Source: an uncultured Actinomycetota bacterium (GTDB taxonomy: Bacteria; Actinomycetota; Actinomycetes; JAHEKZ01). From it: DNA of 64,000 bases. The stretch lies in contig CAVSCR010000007.1 in the NCBI GenBank assembly GCA_963726575.1, positions 475,555-539,554 on the forward strand. The letters are read 5' to 3'. Both the position numbers and the translations under genes were made by a program. Positions 1 through 9,902 of the stretch are shown one piece after another. A model generated the notes under the pieces. The model made no database searches, was not told the origin of the DNA, and saw nothing but the letters and a program-made list of their open reading frames with translations. Position 1 is the first letter of the stretch. Each line of letters starts with the position of its first letter.

Positions 1-184
1 GACGTCTCGTTGGCTCGATCGGGCGATGCCGGCGATCGAGGTGGAAACCACTGCTACCTCCCTCATCCGGCCGTCAGTCCGGCGCGACCGCTCGACCTGA
101 TGACGCGGATGCTAGAGCACGAGGTGCCGTGCTGGGTACCGACCGGCGATGTCACGGTTGTCACCGGCGACGCCCGGTAACTAG

Positions 185-811
185 TCATTGCGCGGCGAGC
201 AGCTGCTTCAGCACCCGCAGCAGCGAGGCCGAGTCCACGCCACCGATCACCCTGGCGGCGACACCTCCCTGCTGGTCGACGATGAGCGTGCTCGGGATGG
301 CGGTGGCCGGGACCATTCGCAGCTTGGCGAGCAGCGAACCGCTTCGGTCGACCAGGTGCGGGTAGGTCGTGCCGGCGGCCGTGGCGAAGGTCTTCGCCGC
401 GTTCGCGGAGTCCTGCTCGTCGATCCCGACGAACCGCACCTGGCTCAACGCGGGGAGGCCGGCCAAGTGGGCCAGCGCGGGCGACTCTCGGCGGCACTCG
501 GTGCACCACGAGGCCCACACGTTGAGCACGACTACGTGTCCGCGCAGCGAGCCGAGATCCAGGGTCCCGCCGTCCAAGGTCTGCCCGGAGACGTCAGGCA
601 GCACAGTCCGCTGACCGGCCGGGTAGGTCGTGAGACCGATGGTCTGGGAGTCCGCCATTCCGGTGGACCCGGTCCCTGGCGGAACCATCGGAGAGTTCGA
701 GCATCCGGCCAGGAGCACGCAGCCGAACACGACTGCGGACATCAGCCGGATTCGCTGCATCGTCACCAGCCGAGCGTACCCGCGCTGCCGAGCCGGTCGG
801 CCCGCCGACAA
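185..811 (-). CDS. TlpA/ResA-like thioredoxin-fold thiol-disulfide oxidoreductase (putative lipoprotein, CxxC = WCTEC)
   Basis: 208-aa ORF with N-terminal signal/lipobox-like segment (LLAGCSNS) and a thioredoxin motif WASWCTECRRE. Lies 7 nt downstream of the GGDEF-EAL gene stop. Confidence 0.7.
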   Translation of the reverse strand: MSAGRPARQRGYARLVTMQRIRLMSAVVFGCVLLAGCSNSPMVPPGTGSTGMADSQTIGLTTYPAGQRTVLPDVSGQTLDGGTLDLGSLRGHVVVLNVWASWCTECRRESPALAHLAGLPALSQVRFVGIDEQDSANAAKTFATAAGTTYPHLVDRSGSLLAKLRMVPATAIPSTLIVDQQGGVAARVIGGVDSASLLRVLKQLLAAQ

Positions 812-818
812 GGCGCCG

Positions 819-2812
819 TCAGGCTGACGTAATGGTCGTCATCTCCCGCACGCTCAACCAATCCATCAGGTCATCGGCCGACATCGGCCGGGCCAGTACG
901 TAGCCCTGGGCCAGATCACACGAGAGGTCACGCAGCCGTTGCCATGTGGCGTCGTCCTCCACGCCCTCGGCGACGACGACCAACCCCAGGTTGTGCGACA
1001 GCTCGACGACCGAACGAACGATCGCGGCATGAGCGTCGTCGAGCAGCAAGTCGGTGACGAAGCTGCGGTCGATCTTCAGTTCGTGCAAGGGCAAACGCGA
1101 CAGGTAGCCCAGCGACGTCTGCCCTCGTCCGAAGTCGTCGATACTGACGGGAACTCCCATGGCAGCCAACCGGACCAGGTTGTGCGTGGCACGATCCACA
1201 TCGGTCAGCAGCGCCGTCTCGGTGATCTCGACGATCAGGGACCCCACGGGAACCCGCGCGTGGGACAGCGCGGCCTGGACGCGTCCGGCGAACTCCACAT
1301 GACACAGGTTCCGGGCTGAGACGTTCACCGCGACCGACACGTGAATGCCGACGTCGTTCCACCGCGCAACCTGCCGCAGCGCCTCACCGATCACCCAGTC
1401 GGTGAGACCGTCGATCAGCCCGGTCTGTTCCGCCACTGGCAGGAATGCATCGGGGTAGATCAACCCGTGGCGCGGGTGGTTCCACCTCACCAGCGCCTCG
1501 ACAGAGCGGATGGCATCGTCGCGCAGCGACGCCTTCGGCTGGTAGTGCAGCACGAGCTCGTCGTTGCCGAGTGCCCGGCGCAGCTCGGCCACCAGAGCGA
1601 GTCGATCCGAGTCGTAGTCATCCTGCGCGGGGTCGTAGCGCACCACGACACTGTGGCCGACCTTCGCGAGGTACATCGCGACGTCCACGTGCTGGAGCAG
1701 CGCGTCGGCATCCGCACCGTCGTCCGGACACAGTGCGAGGCCGACACTCGCCTCCGGGGTGAGGGGCAGACCAGCGATGTCGATCGGTTGGCTCAGTACG
1801 TCGAGCAGCCGACGAAGCTCCGCCAAGGCTTCGTCCTCGCTGACCAGGTCCTGCAGGATGACGCCGAACTCGTCGCCACCGAGTCGTGCCACCGTGTCGC
1901 CGGCCCGGGCGTGTTCGTTCAGTCGTTGTCCGATGCGCTTGAGCAACTCGTCGCCGTTGTGGTGACCCAGTGAGTCGTTGACCTCCTTGAACCGGTCCAC
2001 GTCGATCAGTGCCACGGCCCCGAACTTGTGACCGCCGTCGGTGAGCTCGGTGAGCTGCCGGCGGAAGTTGGCGCGGTTGGGCAGACCGGTCAGGTGGTCG
2101 TACTGCGCCAGGTAGGCGTTGGTCTGTGCGTGCTGACGCAGCCGCCGTGTGGTGGCCAGTGATAGCCCGGCCAGGATGACGTACAGCGCACCGAGACCGA
2201 GTGCGAGGTGTCGGTAGAGCTCACCGAACCCTTGCGCGATGTCGGCCCGGATCGGTTCGTAGGGGAGGTAGATCTCGAGCACACCGACTCGCGCGTGGTC
2301 GGGACCTGCGACGAGTGGACGGTAGACCTCGACGACCTCGGCACCAATCGGGCCGGTGTCGTTGGCATCGGAGTTCAGCCGGTTCAGCTCGGTCTTGACC
2401 TGACCGTTCGCAGCCTCGAGTGCGGAGTCCTCCGGCGCTTCGCCCAGGCCCGAACCGTCGCTGGTGAAGATGACCCGCCCGTCCAGGTCACGGATCCGCA
2501 GACGTTCGATGCCGTTGGCGTCGGTGGCGATCGTGCGCAAGGCATGGCGGGTTGCCGGATCGAGGCCGCCGCGAAGGTCGCTACCGTCGAGCAGTGGCTC
2601 GATCGCTGTGGTCGCGATGATCTGCGACTGCGCCGTCCCTTCGGCCAAACCTCGACGGGTCGCTTCCGAGCGGTAGGACGCGGCCAGGGTCAGCCCCAGC
2701 AGCACGACGACGACAGCGCTCAGCACGGCGTAGACCGCAAAGAGGCGGACCGCCGACCTCGGAACCGCTGCTGGACCCATCTCTCCTTCAATGTCGGGTC
2801 GGCGACGACCCA
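819..2812 (-). CDS. Membrane sensor diguanylate cyclase/phosphodiesterase (TM - periplasmic sensor - TM - GGDEF - EAL)
   Basis: RLGGDEFGVIL (GGDEF), EALVRW and DDFGRG motifs (EAL domain). Two hydrophobic segments flank a ~150-aa N-terminal region. The ORF track over-extends it to 3311; start chosen at the ATG preceding the first TM (alternative ATG at 2778). Confidence 0.8.
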
Positions 2813-2900
2813 TCTGAATCGGTTTGGCGGGCGCAGTCGGCACTGACTGACCTGTCCTGATCGGCCGGCGTCTGGGACGGGCACGACTAGGGTCCGCTGG

Positions 2901-3440
2901 GTGATCGACGTCGACGCGGGGTGGCGGACGCGACGGCTGGTGCTCGAGCCCCTCACCGCCGCCCACGCCGCCGCGATGCAACCGGTCCTCGCGGACCCAT
3001 CGATGTACCAGTTCACCGGCGGTGCTGCGCTCACGACCGAACAGCTCGAGGCCCGATATGCGCGTCTGGCGCAACGACGCTCCCCCAACGGTCACGAGAT
3101 CTGGGGCAACTGGGTGCTGCGGACGACGACGTCGAACGCCTTGGTCGGCGCAGTTCAGGTGTCGCTCCCAGCGAACGGACCAGGTGCTGACGTCGCGCGC
3201 GTCGCCTGGGAGGTCGGCGTGCCGTTCCAGGGCCAGGGCTACGCCAGCGAGGCCGCCACCGAGCTGGTCCAGCGGCTGCTGATTGACGGGCTGGTGCGTG
3301 GTGGCGACCATCCACCCCGATCACATCGCCTCGCAGCGTGTCGCAGAACGTGCTGGTCTCGTGCCGACGCAAGCGCATCGAGGACGGCGAAGTCGTGTGG
3401 TGGGCCGATCCCTGGGGCGGTCGTGAGCTGGACGAGGGTG
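2901..3440 (+). pseudogene. GNAT N-acetyltransferase (RimJ/RimL-like), disrupted by frameshifts
   Basis: N-terminal 130 aa are GNAT-like (RLVLEPLTAAHAAAM...QGQGYASEA). The reading then continues in another frame (VATIHPDHIASQRVAERAGLVPT) and ends at a stop near 3425, with a third frame carrying RIEDGEVVWWADPW. At least 2 frame changes within 540 nt. Confidence 0.5.
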
Positions 3441-4013
3441 AGTGGCAAGCCGTGGCTTGCCGCACCAGGTCGCGGAACGGCTCAGCGGCGTTCGAGCGCC
3501 GTGGGCGGTGGCAGCGGGTGGGCTCTCGACCTGTTCGCCGGCGGACAGTCGCGCGAACACGAGGATCTCGAGATCGCTGTTCCGATCAGACGGTTCGAGG
3601 AAGTGCAGTCGAGGCTGGGCGAGTACGACTTCGAGGTGGTCGGCGCCGGACACGCATGGTCGCTCGACAGCGGAGCCTTCGACGTGATGGTGCAGACGTG
3701 GATGAGTGACCACACCACGGGCGTGCATCTGCTAGACGTGTTCCGCGAGCCGCACGACGGCGACACCTGGATCTGCCGACGAGATCCCAGCATTCGCCGT
3801 CCGTACAGCGACATCATCGAGACGACCGGCGACGGCATCCCCTACGTCGTTCCCGAAGTGGTGTTGCTGTTCAAGGCGAAGCACACTCGCGAGAAGGACG
3901 AAGCGGACTTCCGCCGGGTACTACCCATGCTCGACGACCAACGACGGGCATGGCTGTGGGAGTCGCTCACAGCTGTTCATCCCGGGCACGCGTGGCTGGC
4001 CGCACTGGCCTGA
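3440..4013 (+). pseudogene. Nucleotidyltransferase, ANT(2'')-like (PF10706-like), N-terminus frameshifted
   Basis: ERLSGVRAPWAVAAGG in one frame continues as GGSGWALDLFAGGQSREHEDLEIAVP in another. From memory this resembles the aminoglycoside 2''-adenylyltransferase motif PLWIGGGWAIDARLG...HDDIDL, but the database match is not verified. The C-terminal 160 aa are intact in the 2901 frame. Confidence 0.45.
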
Positions 4014-4227
4014 CGAATGTCACGTCGCAGCGGAGACGGCTGGCGTTGCGAGCCGTCCGAGAAGCGCAGCCCCCGGGTAGTGGGAGTGCCACGGGGGAAG
4101 CTCCACAGATCCCCTGGCAACGTGGGCGGCCGAACACCTCGCACCCGTGCGGGCCACGACGTATGTTGGGGAGATACTTCGCCGAAGGGACCTCGGCTGC
4201 GTCCGGCACGACAATGAAGGGGGACTG

Positions 4228-4956
4228 ATGAACAGACTGCTACCTCTTGCCATTGCGGCAGCAGCGGTAATCGCGCCCTCACTGAGCGCAACCACCTCCC
4301 AGGCAGCCACACCTCAGGTGGTGGCGTCCTGGCAGATGAACGAAGCGCCGGGCTCGACCGTCCTGGTCGACTCTGGCCCCAATGCCATCAACGGCTCCAT
4401 CGGCACGAGCCTCACCCTCAACGGTGCCGCGCACTCATTCCCTCAGGTGCAGCGAGGGTTCAACAACGCCACGTTCGACCCGCAGCACCTGGACTTGGTG
4501 AACGATCCGCGCATGAACCCCGGCACGTCAGACTTCAGCGTGACGGTTGTGCTGAAGATCGCCAAGCCATCTGACTCTTTCGGGAACGTGATGCAGAAGG
4601 GTCAGTCAGGAGCACCCACTGGATTCTGGAAGATCGAGCTCGATGGACCAACCCGCGGTCTCGTGTTCTGTGGTTTCCGGTCGATCGTCAACGGCGTGAC
4701 GACCAGCGGAGGTATCCGCAGCCCGATCAACATCGCGGACAACCAGTGGCACACGGTGACGTGTGAGCGAGGTCCTGGCTTCGTCGCCACGACGGTTGAC
4801 GGTCACACCACAAAGCAGATGCACGCGACGGGTGCCATCACCAACAATGTGCCGCTGAGTATCGGTGGCAAGACCCACTGCACGGCAGCAACACCGCAGC
4901 ACGACTGTGACTACTTCGTCGGGCAGATCGACTCCGTGGTGGTCACTACCGCCTGA
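4228..4956 (+). CDS. Secreted concanavalin A-like lectin/LamG domain protein
   Basis: Signal peptide MNRLLPLAIAAAAVIAPSLSATTSQAA follows an AAGGGGG Shine-Dalgarno 5 nt upstream of the ATG. The body is LamG/pentraxin-like and beta-rich (WKIELDG...NQWHTVTCE). Confidence 0.6.
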   Translation: MNRLLPLAIAAAAVIAPSLSATTSQAATPQVVASWQMNEAPGSTVLVDSGPNAINGSIGTSLTLNGAAHSFPQVQRGFNNATFDPQHLDLVNDPRMNPGTSDFSVTVVLKIAKPSDSFGNVMQKGQSGAPTGFWKIELDGPTRGLVFCGFRSIVNGVTTSGGIRSPINIADNQWHTVTCERGPGFVATTVDGHTTKQMHATGAITNNVPLSIGGKTHCTAATPQHDCDYFVGQIDSVVVTTA

Positions 4957-4962
4957 CCTTGT

Positions 4963-5038
4963 TGGCGCGCCCGGAGGGATTCGAACCCCCAACCTTCTGA
5001 TCCGTAGTCAGATGCTCTATCCGTTGAGCTACGGGCGC
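4963..5038 (-). tRNA. tRNA-Arg (anticodon ACG)
   Basis: Cloverleaf read by eye on the minus strand: acceptor GCGCCCG/CGGGCGC, anticodon arm TCTGA-CTACGGA-TCAGA, T-arm GGTTCGAATCC, CCA encoded. Confidence 0.85.
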
Positions 5039-5145
5039 AGTGGTCGCCTGACCAGGCGCTGAGTGTAGCCGCCGTCGTAACGCGATCGAAATTCCACCGG
5101 GCCCAGGGGCCGGTGTCGGGATGAGCTCGTACCGTCAAACGACAA

Positions 5146-5172
5146 GAGCCCCGGCGGGCTACCGGGGCTCTG
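5146..5172 (-). terminator. Candidate intrinsic terminator hairpin immediately 3' of tRNA-Ser (GAGCCCCGG-loop-CCGGGGCTC)
   Basis: Perfect 9-bp GC-rich inverted repeat followed on the minus strand by cttgtcgttt. Confidence 0.4.
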
Positions 5173-5175
5173 ACG

Positions 5176-5266
5176 CGGAGGCGGCGGGATTTGAACCCGC
5201 GAGGGGCTTTGAGTCCCCAACCCGCTTAGCAGGCGGGCGCCATAAACCGGGCTAGGCGACGCCTCC
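5176..5266 (-). tRNA. tRNA-Ser (anticodon GCT), long variable arm
   Basis: Acceptor GGAGGCG/CGCCTCC, anticodon loop CTGCTAA, extra arm, T-loop GGTTCAAATCC. Confidence 0.85.
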
Positions 5267-5397
5267 ACGCTCCGACGCCTGCCAAAGCAAGCGGGGATGC
5301 AGGAGAAGGGTAGCGAAACGCTGGGGTTCCGCACGACCTGCTTACGCCTCCACCGCGTCGTCGGCCACTGACCGGTTCGGCGTCCTACGCTCGGCAC

Positions 5398-6403
5398 GTG
5401 ACCACTACCGTCCGGATCCTGCGCAACGGCGTGTTCGAGCCACGGAGTGCGGACAAAGCCGCCGGGCTCGCCGCAGCCAAGGAGCCGGACACCTGCGTGT
5501 GGTTCGACTCCGACGTCCACGACGTGCGTGACCTCGCGGCCCTGCTGGGCTTCAACCCACACGCCATCGAGGACGCGACTGAAGCCGAGCACGAAGACCG
5601 TCGACGTGGCGCAGCGGGCGAAGCTGGAGCGCTACCCCGGTCATGTCTTCTTGTACCTGTACCGAGCACGCGTGAAGGAAGACGGCAATGTCGCCCTGCA
5701 CGACATCCCGGTGTTCGCGACGCCGCACGTGGTCGTCGCGTTGGACCGCAGCGATGCGTACGGCGTCACGGAGCTGGACGAACGGTGGGATGCCCACCCC
5801 GAGCTCCTGAAGTACGGGACGCCCGCGTTGCTGCACGCGATCCTCGACCTGGTGATCGACTCCCAGCTCGCGGCCGTCGACGCGCTCAGCGACTCGGTGG
5901 ACTCCCTCGAGGATGCGCTGTTCGACAGGAGCGACCTGGCCAAGGACGACGGCATGGACCTGCCGCGGCGCGGGTACGCCACGCGCAAGGCGCTCGTCCG
6001 GCTGCGGCGGGTGGTGCAGCCGATGCGCGAGATCGTCAACGGGATCATGCGGCGTGAGGAGGACGACGCCACACCGATCGACAGTGCGTTGATGCCTTAC
6101 TACCAGGACCTGTACGACCACACGCTGCGGACCAGCGAGACCATCGAGGGTCTGCGCGACTTGCTCACCACGATCTACGAGACGCGCCTCGCCATGGCCG
6201 ACCACACGATGAACACGGTCATGAAGAAGCTCACCGGCTGGGCCGCCATCATCGCCGTGCCCACCGCCGTGACTGGCTTCTACGGCCAGAACGTCTTGTA
6301 CCCGGGCTTCCTCAGCCACTGGGCGTTCCTCTTCAGCACTGCCGTCTGGGGCGGTTTGTCGCTCGTGCTGTTCGTCGCGTTTCGCCGCCGCCGCTGGATC
6401 TGA
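5398..6403 (+). pseudogene. corA: CorA-family Mg2+/Co2+ transporter with a +/-1 frameshift near 5590
   Basis: The N-terminus (VWFDSDVHDVRDLAALLGFNPHAIEDATEAEHED) is in frame 1. The rest (VDVAQRAKLERYPGHVFLYLY ... FYGQNV ... two C-terminal TMs) is in frame 2 through to 6403. A 1-nt indel lies between the codons for EHEDR and VDVAQ. Confidence 0.7.
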
Positions 6404-6620
6404 CCGTTGGATCCGGCCGGCCCCCTAGTCGTCGATCTTGGCTGAGACGACGAAACCAGCTGCAGGAGCTGGGGTTCCGGGTCGTCCACCTCGAGAAGTC
6501 CCTGCTCACCTCGCGTCATGAGGTGGTTCGCACGATCGCCGCAGTACTGCGGTTGCAGGGGTGGGTCGGAGACCCCGACTTCACGTTCAACAGTGACTGG
6601 GCGCCAGGGCCCGAACCCCG

Positions 6621-6696
6621 TGTTGATCTAGGAGATGATGCTGGCTTTTCAAGATCAACTTACACATCAAGTCCAAGATCAACTTTGGTTTGGGTT
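6621..6696. repeat. AT-rich conserved intergenic element, copy A (TGTTGATC ... CAAGATCAAC-N14-CAAGATCAAC)
   Basis: About 85% identical over ~75 nt to 47136-47210. It is ~35% GC in a ~70% GC background and lies between the convergent corA and CFA-synthase genes. Confidence 0.6.
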
Positions 6697-7946
6697 ACCA
6701 GGTGGGGCGCAGGGGCATGTCGCTGACGCCGCGACGCCTCAGCCGCACCCCCAGCACCTGGTGCAGCTGGATCCGGTTCAGGTCGAACCCGACCCGGGAC
6801 GCCGCCATGTAGAGCCGCCAGACGCGCGCCTTCGCCACGCCGACCTCGGAGACGGCGGGTTCCCACTCGCGATTGAGGTTGGCTCCCCAGTCGCGCAGCG
6901 TCATGGCGTAGTGCTCGCGCAGGTTCTCCTCGTGTCGGATCTCGAAGCCGTTGTCGTTCATCGCCTCCATGATCGTCGCCGGGCTGCTGAGCTCACCGTC
7001 GGGGAAGATGTAGCGGTCGATGAAGCCGCCTGCCTTGGCCCGCTCGTGACCGTTGGGCCGGGTGATGCAGTGGTTCAGCAGTCGTCCGCCCGGGCGCACC
7101 TTGGAGTGCAGCCGGGCGAAGTACGACGGGTAGTTGCGTCGTCCGATGTGTTCGGTCAGTCCGATGGACGAGACGGCGTCGAAGGCCGACTCAGGCACGT
7201 CGCGGTAGTCGAGGAAGCGCACCTCGGCGCGGTCGGACAGGCCGCGCTCCGCGATCGCCTTGTTCGCCCACTCAGCCTGTCGGCGCGACAAGGTGACGCC
7301 GATCGCATGCACGTCGTAGTGCTCTGCCGCGTGCATGACCATGCCGCCCCACCCGCAGCCGACGTCGAGCAGGCGCATGCCGGAGTCGAGTCCGAGCTTG
7401 CGGGCCACCAGGTCGTACTTGGTGCTCTGAGCAGCCTCCAACGACGCGTCCGCGGTCGGGTAGACAGCACACGTGTAGGTCATCGACGGCCCGAGGACCA
7501 TGGCGTAGAAGGCGTTCGACACGTCGTAGTGGTGCGAGATGGCGGCCGCGTCGCGGCTCTTGGAGTGACGTCGTCCGCGCAGGAAGGGGTGCGGCGCCTC
7601 GAGCGTCGGGATCGGCGGTCGCTTGATGACGCGCAGGCCGTAGCCACGCAAGAGCTCGGTGGCTTGAGCCCACGGGACGCGGCGCCGCTCCTCGCCGACG
7701 AGCGCGCGTAGACCCGTGTAGAGGTCGCCGACCACCTCGAGCGAACCGGAGACGAACGCCCGGGCGACCCCGAGGTCGCCGGGGGCCGTAGCGATGTACT
7801 GCACGGCCTTCTCGTCGACAAGTCTCAGCGTCACCGGTGCGTCGGCGCGGACCGGCGCTGCTGCCGTCGTAGGCCTCGAACCGCACGTCGTTGGTCGGGC
7901 CAACGAAGGTTTCGAAGATGTCAGCGAGTTGCGGAGATCCGGACAT
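6695..7946 (-). pseudogene. cfa: Cyclopropane-fatty-acyl-phospholipid synthase family SAM-dependent methyltransferase, frameshift near 7845
   Basis: MSGSPQLADIFETFVGPTNDVRFEAYDGSSAGP is in one frame. The continuation VRADAPVTLRLVDEKAVQYIATAPGDLG ... VGCGWGGMVMHAAEHYDVHAIGVTLS is in the frame of ORF 6695..8008. Confidence 0.7.
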
Positions 7947-7961
7947 CGTGGTCTGCCTTTC

Positions 7962-9335
7962 TCACCGACTCCGTACGCACTTTGCGTACAGGTCGAGCAA
8001 CCGGCCATCTGAGTCGTACGTCTTCTTCAACACGTCGTATGTCTCGCCGTTGTACGTGGCCCAGAACTCATCCTCCTCGTAGCACGACGACGAGTACAGG
8101 GACTTGCGCCCCCCGAGGTCGGCCACGAGGCGCTCGACGATCCGGTTGTAGGTGCCGTCGGACTCACCGGGCTCCAGCGCCACCGAGGACCAGAATCCGA
8201 AGTTCACGTAGGTGGTGGATGGATCCAGCCGGTACAGGTCCCACGGTGCGGCACCTCGGTTGCGCAGCGGGCACATCCACACCGGTGCGATCCCGATCTG
8301 CTCGTGGAACCGCTCCAGAAACTCCGGCGCCCGGCTGATCGGGATCTCGACGTCCTGGATCACGGCCTCACGCTCTGGCTGACCACGCCGGCGTTGCAAC
8401 GCACTGAGGTAGCCGTGACGACGCTCGAACCCGACCAGCTTCCAGTAGGTGTCGCTGCGCAGGTAGCGCCGCGGGATCAGCGGCCGGATGAGCGGGTGCT
8501 GGACACCCAGCGCCCGCGAGCACCAGAACCAGTCCGTGTCCCAGCGCCACAGGTAGTCGTGCACCGTCAGGTAGTCGCGGCTGCGGTCGTGCTGCGACCG
8601 GTAGTAGATCTGGTTGCCCGTGTAGTCGGAGACGTAGGGCGCCTCAGAGACGAACCGGCCGAGCGTCATCACATGATCGCCCTCGCCGAACACCGTGCCG
8701 TCGACGAAGTCGACGTGGGCTCCGTCCCAAGCCGAGTCTGCGACGACGCGCTCGACGGCCGCGAAGTACTCCTCGGCCTTGCCGAACCGGATGTGTCTCA
8801 ACTCGACAAAGGGTTCGACCTGCTCCAGCTCGATCGTCAGGCGCAACGCGTACCCGAGCGTGCCGTAGGAGTTGGGGAAGCCGTGGAAGAGGTCGCGGTG
8901 CTCGTTGTCGGCGGTCGCCACCACGATCTGTCCGTCGCCGGTGAGGATCTCCATCTCGAGCACCGACTCGTGCGGGCAGCCGTTGCGGAACGACGACGAC
9001 TCGATCCCGAGTCCGGTCACCGCGCCACCCAAGGTGATCGTCTTCAGCTGCGGCACGACCAGCGGCATCATGGCGAACGGCAGCGTCGCCTCGACCAGAT
9101 CCTCGTAGGTGGTCATGCCCAGCACGTCAGCCGTCTTGGCCACGGGATCGATCGACAGGACCCCCGAGAAGGCCGACACGTCGAGGCCCGGCTGGGCGGT
9201 CGCAGCGCGCACCCGGAACAGGTTCGAGGTCTTCTTGGCCAGGCGAACCGGCTCACCGGGGGGGATCGCGGCATAGTCCGCCCGCAGTTGTTCTCGGGCG
9301 GCGTGGAACCTCTCGATCCCGGGCATGACGATCAT
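7962..9335 (-). CDS. FAD-binding oxidoreductase, PCMH-type (DHCR24/DWF1-like)
   Basis: FAD-binding domain and a DHCR24-like C-terminal tail (LYSSSCYEEDEFWATYNGETYDVLKKTYDSDGRLLDLYAK). Start placed at MIVMPGIERF; the upstream 31 codons of the ORF look non-coding. Confidence 0.6.
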   Translation of the reverse strand: MIVMPGIERFHAAREQLRADYAAIPPGEPVRLAKKTSNLFRVRAATAQPGLDVSAFSGVLSIDPVAKTADVLGMTTYEDLVEATLPFAMMPLVVPQLKTITLGGAVTGLGIESSSFRNGCPHESVLEMEILTGDGQIVVATADNEHRDLFHGFPNSYGTLGYALRLTIELEQVEPFVELRHIRFGKAEEYFAAVERVVADSAWDGAHVDFVDGTVFGEGDHVMTLGRFVSEAPYVSDYTGNQIYYRSQHDRSRDYLTVHDYLWRWDTDWFWCSRALGVQHPLIRPLIPRRYLRSDTYWKLVGFERRHGYLSALQRRRGQPEREAVIQDVEIPISRAPEFLERFHEQIGIAPVWMCPLRNRGAAPWDLYRLDPSTTYVNFGFWSSVALEPGESDGTYNRIVERLVADLGGRKSLYSSSCYEEDEFWATYNGETYDVLKKTYDSDGRLLDLYAKCVRSR

Positions 9336-9384
9336 CGTAGGAAGGTCGACCGAACCTGACCAGGGAACCCCGGGATCGGCCAGG

Positions 9385-9876
9385 TCAGGGGCGAGGGAGC
9401 CGCTCCTGCAGCACGGCCGCGAGCTCATCGGCCCGTTGGGAGCCCAACAGCACCAGGCGACCCTGGGTGAGCTCCAGCCGGACCCCGCGGTTGCCGCGAA
9501 CCGTGTAACAGAGGTTCGCGCGGCGACCTCGGACCCCCCAGCCCCAGTAGTCGCCGAACGGCCGGTAGGTGACGGCCTGCGCGCTCACCATCTCGGAGAA
9601 CGAAATCGACCGGTTCGCGAACGGAGGGTATGACACCAAGACCTCACCGGCTCGCACCACTGTGGTCAGGCCGCAGATGAGCAGAACCTGAGGGGCCACG
9701 ACGCCCAGCAGCAGCCACAACAGCACCATCGTGAAGTTCGACGGGGGATGATGTCCCACGGGATGGTGCAGGAGCACCTGCAGCACGAAGACCGCCCAGG
9801 CGACGATCGCGCCCACCGCCACGATGGCGCTGATCCACCAAACGCGCGCGATGCGCTGCTTCTCGGTGAAGACGAT
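9385..9876 (-). CDS. Membrane-anchored bacterial PH-domain protein (bPH_2/DUF304-like)
   Basis: GTG start (VTATTIVFTEKQRIARVWW), two TM helices, then a PH-like domain (EVLVSYPPF...GNRGVRLELTQGRLVL). Confidence 0.5.
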   Translation of the reverse strand: MVFTEKQRIARVWWISAIVAVGAIVAWAVFVLQVLLHHPVGHHPPSNFTMVLLWLLLGVVAPQVLLICGLTTVVRAGEVLVSYPPFANRSISFSEMVSAQAVTYRPFGDYWGWGVRGRRANLCYTVRGNRGVRLELTQGRLVLLGSQRADELAAVLQERLPRP

Positions 9877-9902
9877 CGTCGTCGCGGTCACGACGGCTCT
9901 GC

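Noticed and set aside
63-518. 151-aa minus-strand ORF overlapping the TlpA-like gene.
   Set aside because: It is in an alternate frame of the better-supported thioredoxin-like CDS (185-811) and gives a low-complexity Arg/Gly-rich translation.
2901-4013. Single 370-aa GNAT::nucleotidyltransferase fusion ORF as given in the track.
   Set aside because: The central about 70 aa of that reading frame are junk. Real GNAT and ANT sequence is found in the other two frames, so the ORF is a chance fusion across frameshifts, not an intact bifunctional protein.
6640-6760. Possible small peptide (M-x-x-FQDQ...VQDQL...) encoded inside both copies of the AT-rich element, each with an SD-like GGAG/AAGGA.
   Set aside because: Five of the six codon differences between the copies are non-synonymous and the downstream continuation differs completely. 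Conservation therefore tracks the DNA motifs (the CAAGATCAAC repeats), not a peptide.
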